A DNA stretch of 64,000 bases, from NCBI GenBank assembly GCA_030390025.1, contig CM059433.1:32056001-32120000 (forward strand), in the 5' to 3' direction. Position numbers and translations under genes: made by a program. The DNA is from Squalus acanthias (taxonomy: Eukaryota). This document shows positions 36,380 to 49,317 of this stretch, piece after piece; within the stretch, counting starts at the first letter, position 1, and every line of letters starts with the position of its first letter. The notes below the pieces were generated by a model. The model searched no databases and had not been told where the DNA came from. It was given only the letters and a program-made list of their open reading frames with translations.

Positions 36380-39300
36380 TTGTAATACTATGTACCCCTG
36401 AAGTTCATAATATCACAGGAGGGGTTTGCAGCATCAATAGTGATGATTCTGTGAGTTAACTACCTGGAAGCAGTTTGAATGATGAAGCAGTTGTCTTTAA
36501 ATTTTATGGCCTTAGTTGGCCTCTTAACACTTTGATGAATGGTGTTACTGAGATGTCTGATCTGAAAAATAGTGTTTATCCCTAGCGCATGACAGGAAAT
36601 TCAGATAGTTTAAACCCTTTTCAAGCTGTTGAGTTCAATATTTATGATCTGTGCTTTGTTGCATTCAGAAGTTTCTCAACAGCAAGAGACCCCCAACCTC
36701 AACCCACACCTATACAGGAATCTGCAGGAGGCGAGCAATCAGTAAATTAGCAGCAAGAGATCATAGGATGAAATTAAGAGCAACAGCGAGATATCATGGG
36801 ACGGGTGTAAGAAGCAAATCACCGTTCATGACAAAACAAAAAAAAACTGAGTGATTATCGTGAGAAATCACAGGATAAGATCAATCAACGTGGGCCCAAT
36901 AGCCTTAAAGCATAGGATGAGCAGTGAGATGCAGTGGGATGATATACACCTGAGGAAAGCTCACATAAATCACACATTGGCTGCAAAGGCAATAACATTA
37001 CCTGAATCACATATTGGATAGGGCGCTTTACAAAAACAGAGAGAGACCGAAGCTTTCAAGTGCACTACTGAAGACAGCTTCAATTTAAGCGTGCATGAAC
37101 TTCTCAGTTAGCAGGAGATGAGCTTTAATACATTCACACTTACATTTAATACATTCAGCACACGAGTCTGCAGCCTTGCTAGATGGGAACGCAGGGAGAA
37201 TTGGGGCTCGAGAGTTGGAGCCCAGCGATGCTCCGCTCTGAGAGTGCAGCCTCGCTGAATTGCAATCTTTTAGATTTTCTGATTAAACAGTAGTGAATGT
37301 TGATGTTTTCTTCTTCTCCAAATTAACATTTTCAGCATTCGCCATTGGGGTACAAACGTTAACACTTGTCATTCATGCAGTCTGTAAGTAATTGTAGGTT
37401 TGGTAGCTCACTTACTTATTCCTTTGATTAAATGATTCTCTTTGGTGGAGTCCACAATAAGAATTGAAGTCACATATGTCCACTGAGTAAAATGGTTAAT
37501 ATATTTTAACCAATTTAACACAAGAATGAGCTCCATTGTGACGCTGTGCACTTTTCAATGGAGCTTAACTTATTTCACCTAATTCATCAAATGTGACAAT
37601 ACAGACCTGGACCACAGCCAAAATAGCTACAGCATTGATCTTAATGGGACACACTTTGAGTATTTTCTCAGAAACACTTTACAAATTCAGCAGAACATAA
37701 TGGAACATAAGCACCATTTGGGCAAAGGAAAGTTGCTCGAAACAGTACATGAATGGTGTCTAAGTTCTAGTCCTTTCAACAGCATCATCTTCATTTTCAG
37801 CCTCCTATCAGTCATTAGTCAGGCCATTAACCTGAAGCTGACTAGGGTTGGAGTCACAATTTCCTCCTTCAGCAAGAAGTCTCTATTCTTAATCTGCTGC
37901 ATCTAAACTTCAAAGAAGTAGTCGTTTGACAACTAGGGTTGGAGTGGTCAGAATAGGGCTATAATTGTCACCTCAGTCTGTTGTTCCCTGCGTTTTTGAG
38001 AAGTACAGGAAAGAGACACAGTACACTCCATTTCCATTAATAAGATTTTAACTGGGGGTGAGGGGCAAGTGTCAGGCTCGTCCCATCTTGACGAAGTGAG
38101 GCCTGGCCGGTTCTAACTCCCTGGCCTCAGTTAAATAAGTTAAACCCGACTCCCACCCACACCCGGTACCAGCAAGCAGGAGCAGGTGAGTGAGGCAGGA
38201 GGCCACGTCCCGAGACCTGCAGGAATGGATTCCGACAAAGTTAAGGCTGGGGGGGTGGGGCCCTTGCAGGGGAAGGGAGGTAGGGGTGGAGGGAGTCCAG
38301 GCGAGCAGTGGCCCTAGGTTTCCTTGTGGAATCAGGAGAGCAGGCGTGCACGAGAAAATCAAAAAAAAACTTTATGCTTGCCTTCTTGGCTCTCTTCTAG
38401 GCCTGCTGCTCCTTGCCTGCAAGGCCAGCACTAGGTTCAAATAGTGCTGGGATGTGATTGACATCATCAGACCGCCATTTTTGAATCTCAATGAGACGTT
38501 TGCCTGTCTGGGTCCAGGCCTGGTTGGCTGGTGAAAATTGGCTGCTAAATTGTCACATGCTGTGAAGTTGGCATGGACCCGGCGAGTTGCACATGACTGC
38601 AGTTTTAATCCCCACATTCGGTGTGGAGGGTTGGAATCGGGCCTAAGATTTGAAACATTTGACTAGTTAGTCTCCCATAGTGTTGCACTAAGAGATATAA
38701 GATGTCTTCAGGTGAAGCGGAGTTAAGTGGCAGAGAATAATTTGACCGGGGTGAGGGGATACAGACGTAATTTAACCCCAAATTTAAAACTCTACATTCA
38801 ATCCTTATTTTTCCTATGTCCACATTTATAATGGAAGTTGCCTATGTAAACTTGTCATGCTGTAATTACACCCTCCCGTCAGTAGTGGCATCACGGTTCT
38901 ACAGGGAAGGTGATGTAAATACAGTGTGACAAGTTTTATAAATGTGAACATAGATTGGAAGAAGTTGACTGGATTGGTACACAGTCATAAGATTTTTAAT
39001 ATATTAAAAAACAATCTCCCATGCTCACTCTAATTGTTTATGATGTCTGTGTTTGTCTCTTTCTTCTCTCCCTTTAACTCTTCTTTTCTGCTTCTATCTT
39101 TATCTTTTTCTTTCCTTTTGTGTGCATGCCATGTTGTGCGTGATGTGGTGTGGTGTGCAAAAGAGTCCTCAACAGCTACATTTGTGGTGGGAGCTGCAGG
39201 AAAAACATGGCCCAGGAGGTCCCTTCCCATTCCCATCCTCATTCACTCCAACTCCTCCTCACTCTCATCATTTTCCCACCCCTATTACCCACCACTACCT

Positions 39301-39902
39301 ATTCCCCTTTACCTTGCTACCCCCTCACTCCCCCAGCACTAACACCTCAACTACTGTATCTTCCTCTCTGCTGTGAGTTACCTTATTCTTAATCCTCCAT
39401 CTACTCCCCCACTTCCACTTGTCTCCCCCCCCCTTCCAGGTCAGAAGCCTCCCTCACCTTCAGGTGAAGCAGAGTTAAAGGGGCGGAGGGTAATTGACTG
39501 GTTGATCCTCCCTTCCGATTTGTTTCCCTCAAATAGGCTTTGTTTGCTTTCAAAATTCATCTTGTTTTTTTTTGTTTAAAATAAATCAAATTAGAATGAG
39601 TAAAGAAACTACTGTCTGCCTTTCTCTCTTAATTGTATTTGTCTTTCCCTGTCTCACTGAGATGTTAGAAATCAGAATCTATTTCACAGGTCTAAGTGAC
39701 CTTTGACTTTTTCTGACAATCTATAAAACACAGGAGAGTTAATTAATTGGCTTCAAAACTCAATCTTATTTGTTTGAAAAACTGAATTAACATTAAATGA
39801 AGAATCACTCTCTCTGACCTCAGTTCTCTTTCCCTCACTGTCATGTACTTTCTAAGTTTATAGATCACAAGAGCTACGAAGGGTATGTAATCAAAACACT
39901 AT

Positions 39903-40778
39903 GGGGGCAACTTTGGGCAGTGCGGTCAGGCGCTAATGATCCTCCGAGGTGGCCAAGATGGGGTCTTGAGCTGAAACGCCGGTTTAGGCCACGTTTAGCA
40001 CAAGATGCCATCTTGGTAAAGGAGCTGATGCTTGTGCTGGGACCTGCCGCCTGGACAATTGTTAAGGGGCTGAATGCCACTTAAAATGCCTGCTAGTGCT
40101 CATTAAAGAGGCTGCACAGCATTTTGGTGGCTAGTGCTTCAACTAACAGCGATCAGCTGTTTGGGAGTAAATACGACGTTGATGTCAATTCAAGCACTAC
40201 TTAAACGGATACTCACATTTTCATGTTCACTTGCTGCTGGAGCTGTGCTACTCTACCTTATTGGACACCTTATAATAGTCATCAGGAGAAAGGGAGTGCT
40301 TGGTCATGGGCATCTTGCTAATGGTCCGCCTTGGTCTGGATGAGGTACAGGAGAAGGACATGAGGCCAGGCAGAGCAGGACCAGTTGCAGGAGAGAGGGA
40401 CAGGGAGATGAGGTGGCGTCCATCCCCCATGTGATAAAAGGACATCCCTCTTCCTCTGGACGTCCTCCACCAGGACCTCCAGTGCCACGTTTGAGAACCT
40501 GTGCAACCTATCCCTCTGTCCCTGAGCCATCCTACAACGTGCCACATGCTTCAGCGGAAGTGGGTGCGTGGAGCCCACATATACTGCTCCACATCCAATC
40601 AGCACTTGAGTGCTAAACCTGCCGGTTTCTGGTTCAGCACCTCCAGGCAAGTTCAAATTATGGTAATAAGCAATTAGGACCCAAACTGTGTGCTAAATCC
40701 AGACTTTCAAGCAGGCGTGTCTTATTAGCACAGCACCCATTTAGTGCCTGTTTTCACCCTTTGGCCAAAATAACCCCC
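39903..40778. mobile_element. Degraded Harbinger-type non-autonomous element
   Basis: Ends GGGGGCAACTTT / AAAATAACCCCC; Myb-like remnant on - (RFSNVALEVLVEDVQRKRDVL). Confidence 0.65.
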
Positions 40779-41820
40779 ACCATCTTTCACACACACAAAC
40801 ACACACACACATAGCTTGTCTGTGTTAAACAAAACACGTTCTAAATTTACCTCAATAAAGCATTTGAAATTTGTTTTCTTGCTTTTTGAAGTTATTTGAA
40901 GAAAAGCTACTGAGCACAAAGTGCTTTTGGGAGAAGGTGAAGCCAGCATTCCCATATTATTGTCATTCGTGCACCATTAAAATATGAAATGCAATCACTT
41001 GATCCTGACACAACCACTGAACAATTCTTTCTTTCAAGTATAAAAGTAGCTTAATTGGATAGGGCATTGGTCGTATTTAGAATTATCTACCAAAAGCACA
41101 ATGGCCTTAACGATCAAATTAATGGCGTTGCTTGGAACAACTCCACAGTGCAGTAGAACAGTTGTTCCAGGTCAGCTGAAACCACACAGATGTCATCTGT
41201 GGAATACAACTAGTCAGGGTTGCACAATATAGATTTATTTTCCTCGATTGCTTTTAAAATAAGAGTTATATCTTCTCGCAAGTTTTAACCATTGCTATTC
41301 ACGTTGGAGATGTACTAAGTAGGGAAAATCCAGGATGGTCCAAGTTAGACATGGTTTTTAATAAAATACCAGGGTCAATTAGGCAAAGGCCCTTTTGTTG
41401 CTCTTACAAGTGACTTGGATGCCAGGCAGGAAAGAGAATCTTTCATTCCTCTGCAAAAATTCAAGGAGCGTCTCACTGTTTAAATTGACAGATTGTCACT
41501 CAATTGATGAACTGTCAACCTTCTTATGAACTGGCTATATTTTCAAGGCTAGTGATGTGGTTTGTAAGGATTTGCTTGATGCATGTCAAGGGCTTCAACT
41601 ATGGTTCCAGACCCTGTATTTTGGAGATTATAAAGCACCATCTTCTTTCAGAAAATAATGTTTCACCACCACTCATTTTCAAAGTAAAAACGTGTACACT
41701 GCTAAAAGCCGCTGAGCTTGAATGCCTCCTCATCTGTATGAAACATTTTTCTCTCTTACCACGTCCCCCCACCCATTTTCTGACAAGGGCCTCTTAAATT
41801 TCCACTTCTCAGTGTGTATT

Positions 41821-42322
41821 AACAATAATAGCAACAATTTGCATTTAGATAGCGCCTTAACGTAGTAAAACGTCTCAAGGCATTTCACAGGAGTATTATC
41901 AAAAAAAAATTGACACCAAGCCACATAAGGAGATACTAGGACAGCTTGGTCAAAGAGGATTGTTTTAAGGAGCGTCTTAAAGGAGGAGAGAGAGGTAGAG
42001 AGGCGGAGAACTTTAGGGAGGGAATTCCAGAGCTTAGGGCCGAGGCAGCTGAAGGTACAGCCGCCAATGGTGGAGCGATTAAAATAGGGGATGCACAAGA
42101 GGCCAGAATTGGAGGACCGCAGAGATCTCGGAGGGTTGTAGGACTGGAGGAGATTACAGAGATAGGGAAGGACGAGACAATAGAGGGTTTTAAAAACAAA
42201 GATGAGAATTTTAAAATCGAGACGTTGCCGGACCAGGAGCCAATATAGGTCAGTGAGCAGAGGGGTGAGGGGTGAACGGGACTTAGGATACCGACAGCAG
42301 AGCTTTGGATGAGCTCAAGTTT
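41821..42322 (-). mobile_element. L2 LINE 3' fragment
   Basis: GGCTFSCLGPKLWNSLP; similar to 3722-4302. Confidence 0.85.
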
Positions 42323-42679
42323 ATTAACCCTCATCCCTGTTTCATTTCTCACAATAGGAATGTAATGCACAACAAAAGGCTGCGCCTGGCAATAAGGAGA
42401 TGGGGAAGCTTTCATTAGGGACCTCAAGCCTTTGAGGAGCAGGCTAACTCCCACCCGGGACATTAAATCGTGCAGGTTGCGGAAGATGAAGAAGCAGGAG
42501 GCCAGGTCCCAAGGCTCCTTTCAGAACACTGCAATGTAGCTTCCTGTCAGTCACGTGAGTGGGATACTTGAGGGTCAGTTTGCAGAACCTCCAGACTTCC
42601 TTAGACAGATTGGCAATTCCAGGTCCTTCTGCAGTACAGCCACCCACCAGAGAGGCTGTGATAGTAGCTTAAACAGCTT

Positions 42680-43205
42680 AGTATAGAACCTTGGTTAGAT
42701 CACACTTGGAGTACTGTGCTAAGTTCTGGTCTCCATATTATAAAAAGGATACAGAGACACTGGAGAAGATGCCAAAAATTTACAAGGATGATACCAGAAC
42801 TGAGAGGTTATAACTATCAGGAAAGACTGGCTGGAGCTCTTTTCTCTAGAAAAGAGAAGGTTGAGAGGTTCCCTAATAGAGGTTTTTAAAATTATGAAGG
42901 GGTTCGATATTGTTTCCACTTGTGGATGACTCCTAAACTAGGACTATACTATAAATATAAGATAGTCACTAAAAGATCCAATAAAGAATTCAGGAGAAAC
43001 TTCTTTACGCAGATAGTGGTTAGAATGTAGTTGAGGTGAATAGCATAGATGCATTTAAGGGGAAGCTAGGTAAGTACATGAAAGAGAAAGGAATAGAAGG
43101 ATATGCTGATAGGATTATGTGAAGAGAGTGGGAGGAGGCTCGTGTGGAGCTTAAACACTGGCATAGACCGGTTGGTTCTGTGCTGTAAATTCTATGTAAT
43201 TCTAC
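42680..43205 (+). mobile_element. Degenerate CR1 3' fragment
   Basis: Decayed LVRSHLEYCAKFWSP motif and CR1 tail. Confidence 0.75.
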
Positions 43206-46055
43206 ATAGACCGCTGCCATCCAGGCCTTGGGCTGCACAATCAGCACATCATCGGGGAAGGTTACTGATAAGCTTCTTCAAATGAGGCATGAGATGGGGA
43301 GGCCTTCCTTGATGTCATTGAAGCTATCAGGTCTGCGCAGCCGCAGATCAGAGGGCGTGGTGATATGAAGGCTCCATGTAGGGTCAAGGCAGATAGGGCC
43401 ATAGGACGTGAGGATTTCTTTCAGGATAGCAGCACTTCCACACTACTCTTCCAGCCACCACTCCTGAGTGTCAAAGAGCCAGAATGCTGGCTGTCCCCTC
43501 AGCCGAGGAGAGTTCCCGGTCTGTAATGGGTCGGAGACGAATTTTCCAGAGTGCTTTTCCATTATTGGCCCTAGGTTGTTCTCTTTTTTTTGCCTCTCCC
43601 AGGAGAGTACATGGTTGCGGGCGAGTGGGTGGGAAGTGTCTAGTCATGTTGCCCCAGCCATCAGAGTGAGTGGAGCAGGCTTGATGGACCAGCTGGTCTT
43701 TTCCTGCCCGTCAATTTTGTATGTTTGTACGTAATGGGATTGTCCGAGGAGAGGAAAGGCCACCTCATTGCCGGCATGACATTTACATACCATGTGCATT
43801 GCTGCGCCCTCTTCAGGTAAAGTTAGGTGCAACCACCTTTAGAGCCTTACAGGAAATTCAGCTGCAGTGCTTTCCAGGCTCAGATTGGGGTCAAAGGGTT
43901 AGCCGCCATCTTTCATGCACATAGCCCCGACTTTTCAGGGGCTATTTGGATCTCGTGGCTAAAATAGCCAGCACGGGCTCGACGGGCCGAATGGCCTCCT
44001 TCTGTGCTGTAACCATTCTATGATTCTAAATTAATGAACAGCTGAAAATATAGCACTTAGAAAGTAAAACTTTTGGCGCCAAGTATTTTTAATCAAGATA
44101 AAAAGTGCTAAAAGTACACAGTTGGTTAGGCAGTATATGGTTAGAAACATCTTGTCCGAACCCTCATTAGTTATTTCTCAACAGGTGTGAGTATTAACAC
44201 CTGCAATGTTAACCCATCTTTTTCTTTCAGATGCTGATCGAGCAGCCATTTTTTTCCTAGAATTTTCTATTTGAAATTTCCAGCTTCCGTGCTTTCGCTT
44301 TTTTTTCCCCTTCTCGCTATCTGCAAATTAAGGAACGTGGACTGATACTTGGAGGTTATGCTATGTCTAATGTTTAGAGAGAGTGCACTGTACTGCAAGC
44401 AAGTTTCTGCTACTAGCAAAGTTAATTAACACAGGGAGATGATGGGCTGGCTATTCATTAGACAAGAATAGTGACTGAAACAATGATCTTTTGTGCCAAG
44501 GCAGCACAGAACCAGTCAAAAACATAATCGAAACAAACTGCAGCAAAATAACACAATTCAAGCCCTAATGAAATCACATGTTCCAGCTGTTAAACCAAAT
44601 ATAGATCCAGTGATGTCCCAGAGTTGAAGGACATCACCGTATGTACTATGTCTTGTGTCTCTATTTAAAAGTAATATACGATTAGCGGTAGCAAAAATCT
44701 GAGGAGACTCAAGACTCAATTAAAAAAAAACAGCTGCAGCAATAAGATATCAACAGATGCACTAAACAAATTTGCTCAAGATTATGCCATATATTTCATG
44801 CTGCTATACGACTGCTGCAAACTATAAATTAAGCAAGTCTCCCAATAATTACAGCACAATAGAGACCTAACTCTTAAGAAAAAATCGCTTGTTGGGACTG
44901 CCTTGCTTAAAAATTGCTGACACTAATAAATGCAGTCAATTTATAACTTATGCAGAAATCTGTGTTTTTTATATGCAGGTCACAAAGTGAACTACACAAA
45001 TGAAACAACCACATAATTTTAAGAGACAATAAAATGTTATTGCTAAAATGGTTAAAGACACAATCATGGTGTGTAAATGGGAATTAAGATAACTTTAGCC
45101 TCTTATACAATATAAATGCTACTGCTGGGTTCCAATGAAGGGTACACATCCAAAATTTTGTGACTTTTTTTTTACATGGAAGCTACAGCATAGAAACAAC
45201 CCATTCGGTACAAATGTTGTATGCCAGTGTGTATATGCTTCACCTGAGCCTCCTCCCACTCTAATTACCTCTTCCAACACTGACCCCACATCCCTCCATT
45301 CAACTCTCCCTCAGGTATTCATCAAGCCTCCCCTTAAATGCAACAATACTATTTTCTTCAACCCTGTGCAGAGAGTTCCACATTCTCTGTAAAAAAATTA
45401 TTCCCAAGTTCTTTATTTGGTCTGTTAGTAGCTTTGTTATATTTACGGCCCCTAGTTTTGGAATCCCCCACAAGTGGAAACATCTTCTCTCTGTCTCCAC
45501 TATTGAACTCCATCACAATTTTGAAGACCTCATGTATTCTCTTAGGGGGAGAAATTCAGTTGGTTGCGCCTCCCGTTAGCGCCTTAAGAGGGCGCTAATG
45601 GGGCGCAAAGCAGCTAGCGCCTGGGCGCAGCGATGTTTGCGCCGCTCGCAAACTTAACTTGACATTTTGCAGCGGCGCTAAAATTTACCACCGCGATCTC
45701 CTGCGCACGCAGATCTTGACGTCATACGAGGGTGCAACGCCCTTGTGGCGCCCCGGAGCGGAAATTGAGTGGCGCCCCCATCCTTTCCGCCTGGCGCATC
45801 CAACGACCGGAAGACTGGAACGCTATCAGTCGCTGTGGGGCTGGGGGGGGCGCTATTTAAAGGGGGCCTCTTCCTGTCTTTCTCTGTGGTTGACATTTTT
45901 GCACCACTCGTTCTGAGAGAGAGAGAGAGATTCGGAGAGAGAGAAAGAGAGACTTCTGCATTGAGTCAATGCTGTGTGAGGTACTTTTGGCTACCGATCA
46001 TAACTTGGCAGGTACTTTGGTTTTTGGCCTTCATAACTTTGCTTGATAAGAGAAT

Positions 46056-47207
46056 ATGGGGGCTGCACTGATTGGGGGCGTTGTCCTGCGGCAGCTGAAT
46101 CGGAGGACACAGAGACGCAGAGAGAGAGTGGCAATGATGGCCAGACGGAGGAGGGCCAACAGGCGTCTGTACAGGAGAGCTTACCCTCCCAGGGTATATC
46201 GTGAACAGCTCTCCTACATTCATATGTCTGAGGAGCAGTGTTTGCGAACGCTGCGATTCAGCAAAGAGGTGGTCACTGAGCTCTGCCACCTGCTGCAGCC
46301 AGATCTGCAGCCTCAACTGAGGTCCAGGACGTCTCTGTCGGTGGCAGTGAAGGTCACAGTGGCTCTCAACTTTTACGCTACTGGCTCATTTCAAGCTGCT
46401 GCTGGGGACCTCGCCAATATCTCCCAGTTCGCGGTGCATTGCTGCATCCGGCAGGTCACAAATGCCCTCTTTAAAAGGAGACGAGAGTACATCTCTTTCC
46501 CCATGACCCCAGACAAGCAGCATGAACGCGCTCTGGGCTTTGCCAGGATAGCGGGCTTCCCCATGGTGCAGGGCGCCATTGACTGCACGCATGTGGCTTT
46601 GCGTGCTCCGCATGTGAATGCCGAGGATTTCCGGAACAGAAAGGGGTTCCATTCCTTGAATGTTCAGTTGGTCTGTGACCACAGACAGCTGATACTCGCT
46701 GTCAATGCCCACTATCCTGGCAGCTGCCACGATGCTTTCATCCTGCGCCAGACTACTGTGGCAGAACTTTTCGAGGCACCGCATCAGCCAGTTGGTTGGC
46801 TTCTCGGGGACAAGGGGTATCCACTGAGCACCTGGCTGATGACACCGCTCCGTACGCCCAACACCCCTGCTGAGCTGCGGTGCAACGAGAGCCATCAAGC
46901 TACCAGGAACATCGTTGAGCACACAATCGGTGTGCTGAAGCAACGGTTCCGCTGTCTGGACCATTCTGGAGGAGCCCTGCAGTACTCGCCTGAGCGAGTT
47001 TCCCACTTCATAGTTGTGTGCTGCATGCTGCATAACATGGCAATCCTCAGCACCCAGCCAATGCCACCAGGCCTTGGAGCACCACCAGAGGAGGAGGAGG
47101 AAGAGGAGGAGGAGGATGATCATCAGCAGCACCAAGGCGGGAGGGCGGCCCACAATGTTGAAACTGCAAGGGCCGTCCGTCAACGGCTGATAGCAAGCCG
47201 CTTCTAG
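46056..47207 (+). CDS. Harbinger DDE transposase (HARBI1-like), 383 aa
   Basis: Catalytic-type motifs GAIDCTH, LGDKGY and RNIVEHTIGVLKQRF; no stops. Confidence 0.95.
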   Translation: MGAALIGGVVLRQLNRRTQRRRERVAMMARRRRANRRLYRRAYPPRVYREQLSYIHMSEEQCLRTLRFSKEVVTELCHLLQPDLQPQLRSRTSLSVAVKVTVALNFYATGSFQAAAGDLANISQFAVHCCIRQVTNALFKRRREYISFPMTPDKQHERALGFARIAGFPMVQGAIDCTHVALRAPHVNAEDFRNRKGFHSLNVQLVCDHRQLILAVNAHYPGSCHDAFILRQTTVAELFEAPHQPVGWLLGDKGYPLSTWLMTPLRTPNTPAELRCNESHQATRNIVEHTIGVLKQRFRCLDHSGGALQYSPERVSHFIVVCCMLHNMAILSTQPMPPGLGAPPEEEEEEEEEDDHQQHQGGRAAHNVETARAVRQRLIASRF

Positions 47208-47518
47208 GCCCCTGCTGAGGAAATGGCTTCTGCCATTGAGAACAACATGAATGAAACCAACCCGCAACCCCTAAGCCGGCCAAGGCAGTAATGATTCCAA
47301 AGACCAAACATGTACATTTTGAATACAAAAACTTATTTATTTTACAAACTCTGTGTGTGTCATTTCTTCATGACAAACTAATAGAAAGAAATACAAAAAA
47401 ACAGTCATTAACATAACTGGTTCTCACAACCTGGAGATAATGTCCAAAACACTAAACAAAAGTTTAAACACGAACCTCGGCCTTTAATAAAAAATTGACA
47501 AACATTTTGTCACACCTC

Positions 47519-49317
47519 CTACTTTTTGCCCTTCGAGGGTGATCTCCTTCCCTTGCGCACTTCCCCCCTTCCCACCCTACTGCTCCTCCGTAATGGGACC
47601 TCAGTGGCTGCAGCAAGGCTGGTGGAAGGCTGCTGATTCTCATAACCTGAGACTGCAGATGCCCTTGAAGGATGGCCTCGACCAGCTCTGGGCCTGGAGG
47701 GCCCGGCTGCAGACTGCACCAACTCTGCATGGGCGGCAGCAGTCTGTCCTACAGGCGGTGGCAAGTGCAGTGGAGAAGTGACAGTGGTGGCAGCAGGAAT
47801 GCTGTCATCTTGAGAGAGGACAGCAACTCCCTGCTCGATCAACACACTGGCACTCCCACGGGGCAGCACTTCAGCATCCGGAGCAATCTGCTGGAGCACA
47901 GATTGCTGGCCTGCTGCGGCGCGGTGAGAGCCCCGGGGAAATGTGTCCGAACCATCGAGGATGGCAGCAGTCAGTGCTCGCATGGCCTCAATCTGAGTCT
48001 GCATGACAGCAGTCTGAGACTGAATTGCAGCACTAAGCTTTAGCGTGGCATCCGCCTGTGCTACAGCGAAGTGCTCCACACTCCTTGCCAGTGATTCAAT
48101 GCATTCGGGCACCCTTCCCACTGCACCCATGAGCTCAGTGTGCATGTCCACCGCCTGGGTGTTCATTTCAGCGATGAGCCGCTCCTCCTCTGCGTCCAGT
48201 GCAGAAGGACTCGCTGGCCTACTCTCCCTCCGGGGAGAAGGCCCCCGAGCTTCCCTACCCCCATGGCGTTGCTGCAGCCCGCTGGGTCCTGGAGCTTCAC
48301 CCTCATCAGACCCTTCCCCCCTGCTCCCCTCCAGGGAAGGCGTGTTCCCAGTGTGGGCATGGGCTTCCTCGGGAGAGGGTGGCACTGATGCTCCGCCTTC
48401 ATCTTCCTCCTCGCCTGCAGCTTCACTCCCACTGGCAGCTTGAAGGCCCGTCTCCTCAGCTGGTGAATCACCATCTGAAAGCAGGGAGGCACAAGAGTGG
48501 CTTTAGCATGAGGACAAGGTGGCAGTAAGGGAGGAATGAGTGCAGCGATTTAGTAAGTTGGATTGAAAGTGTCAAAGGCTGGTGTTGTGAGGGACAAGTG
48601 GAAGGACAGAGGACAAAAAGGTGATGACCTTACCATTGCTGTCCAGAACGGGGTCGGCGTCTCCAGTGGCGACGGGACCGATCACCCGGCTTGCCACAAT
48701 CCTGTGGACGCGCGCCTCAAGGTCGCTGAGGGGTTGCAGCTGAGGCCGCCCTCCACCCGTCCGTTGCTGCTGTCTCCTATTATGAGATAGCTTGGCCTGC
48801 AAGAAAAAGGACGGCGTTGAGTAAATATACAGCCATGGTCTTGCCTGATGTGCCTCCCATAGGTGAATAGCCCTTACTGTATGCAGCCATGGTCTTGCCT
48901 GATTGTGCCTCCCATAGGTGAATAGCCCTTACTGTATGCATAGTGTGGAATGTGCGTGTGTGTTTCATGAGAGGGCCATAGGTGTTGGATGAGTGTTGTG
49001 CATTGGGGTTTTAAGACCCTCTTGCCATAGAGTGAGGTTGAGATGGAGGGATGGAGAGGTATTGAAAAAAAGCCACTCACCCTGACGACCCGAGTGAGGT
49101 CGTTGAACTTTTTCCGACATTGTACATGGGTCCTGGGCACCATGCTCCTGCAGGAGACGCTCTGAGCCACCTCCCTCCACACTCTTCTGTACTCACGCGG
49201 CAAAGGCCTCCTGCCACTCTCTGGGTACAGTATTGATCTTCTGCACTCCACCGCACCAACCAGAGCATCCAAGGCCCGCTCGCTGAAGCGCTGAGCTCGT
49301 TCTCTCACCCTCTCCAT
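47519..49317 (-). CDS. Harbinger Myb/SANT-like DNA-binding protein, 3 exons, 451 aa
   Basis: Exons 49317-49081 (237 nt, donor GTGAGT), 48796-48634 (163 nt, acceptor TTGCAG, donor GTAAGG) and 48474-47519 (956 nt, acceptor TTTCAG) total 1356 nt in frame. RFSERALDALV...W...QCRKKFNDL motif; basic C-terminus. Confidence 0.85.

Noticed and set aside
46056..47207. Domesticated host gene HARBI1 (and NAIF1 for the Myb ORF)
   Set aside because: Flanked by perfect TIRs and a TSD and inserted in a LINE, so it is a transposon copy
46386..47267. 293-aa antisense ORF
   Set aside because: Shadow of the GC-rich transposase ORF; no recognisable motifs
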